In this document: positions 6,449-11,601 of the stretch, in pieces
How the letters are laid out: each line of letters opens with the position of its first letter
Position numbering within the stretch: the stretch's first letter is position 1
Origin: Anaerolineales bacterium
GTDB taxonomy: Bacteria; Chloroflexota; Anaerolineae; Anaerolineales; DRKV01
DNA: 11,601 bases
Direction: 5' to 3'
NCBI GenBank assembly: GCA_034435695.1
Contig: DAOTWV010000247.1
Coordinates: forward strand, 1-11,601
Program-made: the position numbers and the translations under genes
The notes under the pieces: generated by a model
What the model saw: only the letters and a program-made list of their open reading frames with translations
Database searches by the model: none
Told to the model about the DNA's origin: nothing

Positions 6449-7881
6449 CGGAAGAAACCCGCACCCAACGTTTTTATAACGCCCTCTGGCGCTGGATAGG
6501 CAGCGTCAACGTACGCACCAAGATTTTTGGCATCGTGCTTGGCAGCACCGTGATGCTCAGTTTGAGTTTCATCGTGCAGGTACGCGTGACCATGTTTCGC
6601 TACCTGGAAGCCCAGGCCCGTGAGGAAGGTATCTCCATTGCCCACGATGTGGCCGCCCGCTCTACCGATTTGATTCTCATCAACGACCTGTACGGCCTGG
6701 ACCGTCTGCTGCAGGATACCGAAAACAACTTTCGGGATGTGCGCTACGCCTTCATCGTGGCCGATAACGGGGATGTGCTGGCGCACACCTTTTCGGGAGG
6801 TTTCCCGCTGGATTTACTCTCGGCAAATACGGTGACGCCTTTGGGGGATGAGCACATCGCCGTGCTGCAAACCGAAGAGGGCCTGGTGTGGGACGTCGCC
6901 ATGCCCATCTTCGAGGGACGCCTGGGAACGGCGCGCGTTGGCATCTCCGACCGTTTTTTGCAGGAAACCCTGGGGATGCTGACCTCTCAAATGGGGTTGA
7001 CGGTCGTCCTGGTGCTGGTCTTCAGTCTGCTGGCGGCCACATTCCTGACCTGGGTGCTGACGCGCCCCATCCTGGCGCTGGTGGAGGCCACCGAGCGCAT
7101 CGGGCAGGGCGATTTTTCGGTGCGCGTCACCCCCTGGGCGGACGATGAAATCGGCGACCTGGCGGTTGCTTTCAATCAGATGAGCGCCGACTTGTCCCGC
7201 CTGGACGAAATCCGCCGCGAGCGCGAAGACCTGCGCAGGCAACTGCTGGAAGGCATCATCAACGCCCAGGAAGAAGAACGCCGCCGGATTGCGCGCGAAC
7301 TGCACGACAGCACCTCGCAAAGCCTGACTTCCCTCAAGGTGGGGCTGCGCATGTTGGAAGCACAGGTGGATGAGTCCCTCCGTCCCCACGTGCTGGACCT
7401 GCACCGGGTGGCCGGCGAGACTCTCGATAACGTGCACGCCCTGGCCGTGCAATTGCGCCCCATCATGCTGGATGACCTCGGTCTGGAAGCGGCCCTCACC
7501 CGCCTGATTGAAGAATGGCAGGCGCGTTACCGCATCCCGGTGGATGCCCTCATCCGTCTGGGAGAGGAGCGCCTGAAAAGCGAAATCGAGGTAGTCTTGT
7601 ACCGCATTACGCAAGAAGGCCTGACCAACATCGCCCGTCACGCCCAGGCCGGACAGGTCAGCATCTTGATTGAGCGCCGCCCTGACGAGGTATTGGAAAT
7701 CATCGAGGATGACGGCCGCGGTTTCGACCGTTCCGGCGTACACCAGGGCAAACACCTCGGTCTGCTGGGGATGCGCGAACGCGTCGAACTGGTGGGCGGC
7801 CAGTTTTCCGTCGAGACCGCACCGGGCGAGGGCACCAGCATCTTCATTCGTATTCCGCTCAGCGGGAATGGAACGCCATGA
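6445..7881 (+). CDS. Sensor histidine kinase (2 TM, about 135-aa periplasmic loop, HAMP, HisKA_3, HATPase_c; NarX/DegS-type)
   Basis: The ATG overlaps the binding-protein stop (ATGA at 6445-6448). TM1 is about residues 26-47 and TM2 about 183-205. HAMP is LTRPILALVEATERIGQGDFSVRVTPWADDEIGDLAVAFNQMSADL. The HisKA_3 H-box is EEERRRIARELHDSTSQSLTSLKVGL. The ATPase G-boxes are DDGRGF and GLLGMRERVELVGG. Confidence 0.9.
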   Translation: MTEETRTQRFYNALWRWIGSVNVRTKIFGIVLGSTVMLSLSFIVQVRVTMFRYLEAQAREEGISIAHDVAARSTDLILINDLYGLDRLLQDTENNFRDVRYAFIVADNGDVLAHTFSGGFPLDLLSANTVTPLGDEHIAVLQTEEGLVWDVAMPIFEGRLGTARVGISDRFLQETLGMLTSQMGLTVVLVLVFSLLAATFLTWVLTRPILALVEATERIGQGDFSVRVTPWADDEIGDLAVAFNQMSADLSRLDEIRREREDLRRQLLEGIINAQEEERRRIARELHDSTSQSLTSLKVGLRMLEAQVDESLRPHVLDLHRVAGETLDNVHALAVQLRPIMLDDLGLEAALTRLIEEWQARYRIPVDALIRLGEERLKSEIEVVLYRITQEGLTNIARHAQAGQVSILIERRPDEVLEIIEDDGRGFDRSGVHQGKHLGLLGMRERVELVGGQFSVETAPGEGTSIFIRIPLSGNGTP

Positions 7882-8531
7882 ACAAAATTCGTGTTTTTCT
7901 GGCCGATGACCATGCCGTATTGCGCAGCGGGCTGCGCCTGCTGCTCTCGCAATCGGACAAAATCGAGGTGGTGGGGGAAGCCGAAAGCGGCCTGGATACC
8001 ATCCGGCTGGTGGAGGCGTTGCAGCCCGATTTGATTTTGCTGGATTTATCCATGCCCCGTCTGGGCGGGCTGGATGCGCTGCCCACCATACGGCGCGTCG
8101 CCCCCCAGGCGCGCATTCTGGTGCTGACGATGCACAGCGACCCGCAGTATTTGCAGCAGGCCATCCGCAACGGCGCGGCCGGCTACCTGCTCAAGAAGGC
8201 CGCCGATAGCGAACTGCTGGCCGCCATCGAAGCGGTCATGCGCGGCGAAGTGTACGTGCATTCCTCGATGACGCGCGCCCTGCTCGAAGACCTGCTTCCC
8301 ACGCAGAAGGAACAGGATGAAGACGCCTGGGCGAACCTGAGCCGGCGCGAGCAAAATGTGCTGCGGCTGGTGGCGCTGGGGCATACCGGCGCGGAAATCG
8401 CCGACATGCTTTCCATCAGCCAGAAGACGGTGGATACCTACCGGGCGCGCGGTATGGAAAAACTGGGGCTGAAGACCCGCGCCGCCCTGGTGCGGTTTGC
8501 CCTCGAACGCGGCATCCTGACTTCCGATTGA
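7878..8531 (+). CDS. NarL/FixJ-family response regulator (REC + LuxR-type HTH)
   Basis: The ATG overlaps the kinase stop (ATGA at 7878-7881). The receiver domain has DD (ADDH), phospho-Asp (LILLDLSMP) and Lys (LLKK). The C-terminal LuxR HTH is LSRREQNVLRLVALGHTGAEIADMLSISQKTVDTYRARGMEKLG. Confidence 0.9.
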   Translation: MNKIRVFLADDHAVLRSGLRLLLSQSDKIEVVGEAESGLDTIRLVEALQPDLILLDLSMPRLGGLDALPTIRRVAPQARILVLTMHSDPQYLQQAIRNGAAGYLLKKAADSELLAAIEAVMRGEVYVHSSMTRALLEDLLPTQKEQDEDAWANLSRREQNVLRLVALGHTGAEIADMLSISQKTVDTYRARGMEKLGLKTRAALVRFALERGILTSD

Positions 8532-8656
8532 GCCTTTTCGTATGCGGTTCGCAAAGGGGGAAAGGTCTCCACTAGCCAGTGGGGAACAACGGAAAATCTT
8601 TCCGTACCAGGGCAGGGTACCCTCGGAACGCGGGCGTATGCCGTGCTCCATGGTAT

Positions 8657-8702
8657 CCGCAGATTACGCGGATTTTTTCTGTGCTATCGGCGTAATCTGC
8701 GG
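8657..8702. promoter_or_regulatory. Perfect 13-bp inverted repeat CCGCAGATTACGC-N20-GCGTAATCTGCGG in the regulator-to-molybdoenzyme intergenic region
   Basis: The arms are 8657-8669 and 8690-8702; the spacer ggattttttctgtgctatcg contains a T6 run. No T-tract follows either arm. It lies 126 bp after the regulator stop and 254 bp before the B-subunit start. Confidence 0.6.
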
Positions 8703-8879
8703 GTGAATTGGCGCATATTTGGAATTGCTGGGGGAAATGGGAAGGGGGGAGAAACCTTTTGGGAAGAATGTCACACACTGGGGCGCAACATGTCATAGGG
8801 CGGTAGGGGAAATCCCTACAAAGCGCGGGGAGGACATCGGGTTTTTCCCGATAAACAAAACACGGGCAATCGTCTATCC

Positions 8880-8885
8880 TATAAA
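8880..8885 (+). promoter_or_regulatory. Weak candidate -10 (TATAAA) upstream of the molybdoenzyme operon
   Basis: TATAAA at 8880-8885 is about 70 nt upstream of ATG 8956. There is no convincing -35, and activator-dependent promoters often lack one. Confidence 0.2.
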
Positions 8886-8955
8886 CGCTCAAAACCGGCC
8901 GAGTCCTGGCCGTCGCTCCCATTTTTCCCAATCCTTTTAGAGGAGGATGTTTGTT

Positions 8956-9696
8956 ATGGCTGATGTACTCACCCCGGTCAGCGCGCTCGAGAGAATGCGA
9001 GAAGACTTGAAGCGTGCTCTGGCCAAACCCGTGAACGAACGCCGCTGGGTGATGGTCATTGACCTGCGCAAATGCGTCGGGTGCAATGCATGTACCATCT
9101 CCTGCAATGCCGAAAATCGTTTGCCACCTGGTGTGGTCTATCGCCCGGTGCTCGATATGGAAGTCGGCACGTATCCGAACGTACGTCGTGCCTTCCTGCC
9201 GCGCCCCTGCATGCAGTGCGATGAACCGCCCTGCACGCCGGTGTGCCCGGTGAACGCCACCTGGAAGCGCGATGACGGCATCGTGGTAATCGATTACGAC
9301 AAGTGTATCGGTTGCCGCTATTGCATTGCTGCCTGCCCCTACAACGCCCGTACCTTTGACAAGGGCCTGAATTACACCGACGATACCACCACCAACGAAA
9401 ACTTCGTCAGCCTGGATGCCGTGGCTTATGAAGAAGCACCGGCCTTCGATTACGGCAAGGAATGGCCGCGTGATGGTGGTTCGCCGATTGGCAACGCTCG
9501 CAAGTGCCACTTCTGCCTGCATCGCCTGGAAGCCGGAATGCTGCCGGCCTGCACCACCACCTGCATCGGCGAGGCTACTTACTTCGGTGACGCCAACGAC
9601 CCCGACTCGCTGGTTTCCGAACTGATTGCCAGTCCCAATGTGATGCGTCTCAAGGAAGAATTGGGGACTAAGCCGCGCGTTTACTACCTTGTGTAA
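8956..9696 (+). CDS. Four-cluster 4Fe-4S ferredoxin-type electron-transfer subunit of a complex iron-sulfur molybdoenzyme (TtrB/PsrB/NrfC-like)
   Basis: The start is placed at ATG 8956 (AGGAGG 8941-8946, 9-nt spacer), because the track's ATG 8947 directly abuts the SD. Four Cys clusters are present: [37 protein letters not shown] and CHFC...CTTTC. There is no Tat signal. The 246-aa size matches TtrB. Confidence 0.85.
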   Translation: MADVLTPVSALERMREDLKRALAKPVNERRWVMVIDLRKCVGCNACTISCNAENRLPPGVVYRPVLDMEVGTYPNVRRAFLPRPCMQCDEPPCTPVCPVNATWKRDDGIVVIDYDKCIGCRYCIAACPYNARTFDKGLNYTDDTTTNENFVSLDAVAYEEAPAFDYGKEWPRDGGSPIGNARKCHFCLHRLEAGMLPACTTTCIGEATYFGDANDPDSLVSELIASPNVMRLKEELGTKPRVYYLV

Positions 9697-9712
9697 GGAC
9701 CGGAGGCTCATA

Positions 9713-10840
9713 ATGAACGGAAAGAATTCCCTGTCGAAAGTGTTTTGGGCCATCACGGCGGTTGCCTTCGTGATTGGCCTGTATGGTTTGTATGACCGCT
9801 TTGCCAACGGCCACATGCACACGGCCTACGGTTCTTACGTTCCGTGGGGGCTGTGGATTGCTGCGTACACCATGCTGGTGGGCGTGTCGGCAGGTGCGTT
9901 TGCCGCTTCGGCGGTGGCGATTACCACCCGCAAGGAAAAGTGGGAACGCTTCGCCAAATTTGGCCTGCTGGTAGCGCTGGGCGCTTTTGCCGGCGGCATG
10001 CTCAACGTACTGCTCGACCTGGGGCACCCGGAACGTCTGCTGCGGCTGTACTTCGCCAACAACCCCTTCTCGATGATGGGGCTGATGGCCTGGTTCTACC
10101 TGCTCTACGGCCTGCTGCTGGTCTTCATGATCTGGCGCATCTGGAGCCAGGGCGTGGATGACCTGATGGTCAAACTCGGCTATCTGGCCGTGCCCTTTGC
10201 GGTGCTCTTCGCCGGTGCGGAAGGTGCGCTCTTCGGTGTGGTCGGCGCCCGCCCCCTGTGGGAATCTGGCCTGACCCCCATCCTCTTCCTGCTGGAAGGC
10301 GCCATTGGCGGTCTGGCCGCGGCTACGCTGGCCAACTGGATTGCCGGTGCGCTGGAAGATGACCAGTATCAGCGCCTGGGCCGCATTCTGCTCGGTCTGC
10401 TGGCCGTGCTGGTAATCTTCGAATGGGCGGAATACTCCACCGGTCTGTATGCCGGCATCCCGGCCAAGGCTGAAACCCTGCGCAACATCTTGTTTGGCCC
10501 CTACTGGTGGGTCTTCTGGCTGGTGCATCTGGCCGCCGGTGTGGTGCTGCCGATTTTGCTGCTGGCCTTCCAGCCGAAGAACCAGGGCATGATTACGCTT
10601 TCGGCCGCCCTGGTACTCTTCACCGCAATCACTACCAAATTGAACCTGGTCATCCCGGCGCTGGCTCAACCGGAAATCGAAGGGCTGGAAAACGCCTATC
10701 ATGGTCCGGGGCTGTCGTTCACCTACTTCCCGACCATGTCGGAATGGATGCTGTTCATCTGGACGGTTTCCCTTGCTGCCCTGATTTTCCTGGCCGGTTA
10801 TCAGTTCCTGCCCCAAATGCTCAAGAAAGAGGTGAAATAA
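9713..10840 (+). CDS. NrfD/PsrC-family integral membrane quinol-interacting anchor subunit (TtrC/PsrC-like)
   Basis: The start is at ATG 9713 (GGAGG 9702-9706, 6-nt spacer); the track start 9689 precedes the upstream stop. It is a 375-aa polytopic membrane protein of about 8-9 TM ([39 protein letters not shown], ...), the architecture typical of PsrC/NrfD/TtrC. Confidence 0.85.
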   Translation: MNGKNSLSKVFWAITAVAFVIGLYGLYDRFANGHMHTAYGSYVPWGLWIAAYTMLVGVSAGAFAASAVAITTRKEKWERFAKFGLLVALGAFAGGMLNVLLDLGHPERLLRLYFANNPFSMMGLMAWFYLLYGLLLVFMIWRIWSQGVDDLMVKLGYLAVPFAVLFAGAEGALFGVVGARPLWESGLTPILFLLEGAIGGLAAATLANWIAGALEDDQYQRLGRILLGLLAVLVIFEWAEYSTGLYAGIPAKAETLRNILFGPYWWVFWLVHLAAGVVLPILLLAFQPKNQGMITLSAALVLFTAITTKLNLVIPALAQPEIEGLENAYHGPGLSFTYFPTMSEWMLFIWTVSLAALIFLAGYQFLPQMLKKEVK

Positions 10841-10841
10841 C

Positions 10842-11601
10842 ATGGCCGAGAAACAAACGACCCAACCCGAAAACTGCGGTCTTTCGCGCCGTGATTTTCT
10901 GAAAATGTCTGCCGTGGTCGGCGGTACGGCAGCCTTTGTTGGCAGCCTGCCGCAGGTCAAGAAAGCGATGGCGGCCCAGACGGCGCAGAGCAGTTACCCG
11001 CTGGCCAACCCGGAAAACGTACTGTACAGCATCTGCCTGAACTGCCACAACGCCTGCACCATCAAAGCGCATATTCTGGACGGCACGCTGGTCAAAATCG
11101 ACGGCAACCCCTACAGCCCGCAGAACCTGCAGCCGCACATCGCTGAAAGCACCTCTCCGGCGGAAGCCGCGCACGCCGATGCGCCGGTCTGCCCCAAGGG
11201 CCAGGCGGGCGTGCAGATTGCCTACGACCCCTACCGCATCCGCAAGGTGCTCAAGCGCGCCGGCAAGCGCGGTGAGAACAAATGGGTTACCATCGAATGG
11301 GACCAGTTCATCGACGAAGTGGTCAACGGCGGCGACCTGTTTGGTGAAGGGCATGTGGACGGTTTCAAAGATGTCTGGAAACTGCGCGACCCCGACCTGA
11401 GCAAGGAACTGGGCGCCGATGCGGCTGCCGTCGCCAGCGGTGACATGACTCTGGACGAATTCAAGTCCAAGCACGCCGCGCACCTCGACCTGCTGATTGA
11501 CCCCGACCACCCCGACCTGGGGCCGGTCAACAACCAGTTCGTCTTCCAGGGCGGGCGCGTGGAGCATGGCCGCAAGGAATTCATCAAGCGCTGGGTGTAC
11601 T
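10842..11601 (+). CDS. Molybdopterin (bis-MGD) oxidoreductase catalytic subunit, N-terminal 253 aa only (TtrA/PsrA/PhsA/ArrA-like), with Tat signal
   Basis: GAGGTG at 10828-10833 lies 8 nt before ATG 10842, 1 nt after the membrane-subunit stop. The twin-arginine motif is SRRDFLKMSAVVGGTAAFVGS...AMA. The N-terminal FeS (FS0) motif is C-x2-C-x3-C (CLNCHNAC) with a fourth Cys at PVCPKG. The frame is open to the window end. It is absent from the ORF track because no stop is in the window. Confidence 0.85.
   Translation, partial: MAEKQTTQPENCGLSRRDFLKMSAVVGGTAAFVGSLPQVKKAMAAQTAQSSYPLANPENVLYSICLNCHNACTIKAHILDGTLVKIDGNPYSPQNLQPHIAESTSPAEAAHADAPVCPKGQAGVQIAYDPYRIRKVLKRAGKRGENKWVTIEWDQFIDEVVNGGDLFGEGHVDGFKDVWKLRDPDLSKELGADAAAVASGDMTLDEFKSKHAAHLDLLIDPDHPDLGPVNNQFVFQGGRVEHGRKEFIKRWVY

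Noticed and set aside
8604-8620. GTACC-N8-GGTAC short inverted repeat (contains a GGTACC site) as a LuxR-type operator
   Set aside because: The arms are only 5 bp with an internal AGGG-C-AGGG repeat. That is too short and ambiguous to call, and it sits only about 70 bp after the regulator stop, far from the operon start. It is noted only as a weak alternative to the 13-bp inverted repeat and ATGTCA repeats.
8707-8730. Possible sigma54 -24/-12 promoter (TTGGCGCATATTTGGAATTGC)
   Set aside because: The GG and GC elements cannot be aligned with the required GG-N10-GC spacing. The adjacent regulator is NarL-type rather than an NtrC-type enhancer-binding protein, so no sigma54 promoter is expected.
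8531-8955. Molybdenum-cofactor (Moco) riboswitch in the long leader of the molybdoenzyme operon
   Set aside because: I cannot recognise the conserved Moco RNA motif stems or sequence here by eye. If the -10 at 8880 is real, the leader is only about 70 nt, too short. It would need a covariance-model scan (Rfam RF01055) to exclude formally.
8572-9822. 416-aa minus-strand ORF spanning the intergenic region and antisense to the FeS subunit
   Set aside because: It runs antisense to a confidently identified four-cluster ferredoxin gene and across an intergenic region full of repeats. It has no RBS or domain signal and is a GC-driven shadow ORF.
9668-11567. Minus-strand ORFs (430 aa and 248 aa) antisense to the NrfD-like and molybdopterin subunit genes
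   Set aside because: Same reasoning: shadow ORFs opposite strongly supported + strand genes. Their translations are Gly/Gln/His-rich with no recognisable motifs.

Overview
High-GC bacterial window in which every gene I can support lies on the + strand; consistent GGAGG-type Shine-Dalgarno sites and a lipoprotein binding protein suggest a monoderm, possibly Chloroflexi-like host, at low confidence. Gene order: (1) 3' end of an unknown gene; (2) a flotillin/SPFH (band-7) membrane-scaffold protein, preceded by a striking block of tandem heptamer repeats and a perfect TATAAT, followed by a clean intrinsic terminator; (3) an apparent four-gene operon of an uncharacterised polytopic membrane protein, a small winged-helix regulator coupled 1 nt downstream, and an ABC-2 exporter ATPase and permease; (4) a three-component regulatory module of a PhnD-family lipoprotein substrate-binding protein, a HAMP/HisKA_3 sensor kinase and a NarL/LuxR-family response regulator, joined by ATGA start/stop overlaps; (5) a 425-bp intergenic region with a perfect 13-bp inverted repeat and other repeats; (6) a complex iron-sulfur molybdoenzyme operon in the B-C-A order (four-cluster ferredoxin subunit, NrfD/PsrC-like membrane anchor, Tat-signal molybdopterin catalytic subunit truncated at the window end). 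That order, subunit sizes and regulatory context resemble tetrathionate reductase ttrBCA with ttrSR, except that the PhnD-like sensing domain is a separate lipoprotein (AioX/ArrX-like) rather than fused to the kinase. The most interesting hypothesis is an oxyanion-sensing X-S-R system controlling a Ttr-like respiratory molybdoenzyme of unresolved substrate. The long minus-strand ORFs in the track are GC-driven shadow ORFs and are rejected.
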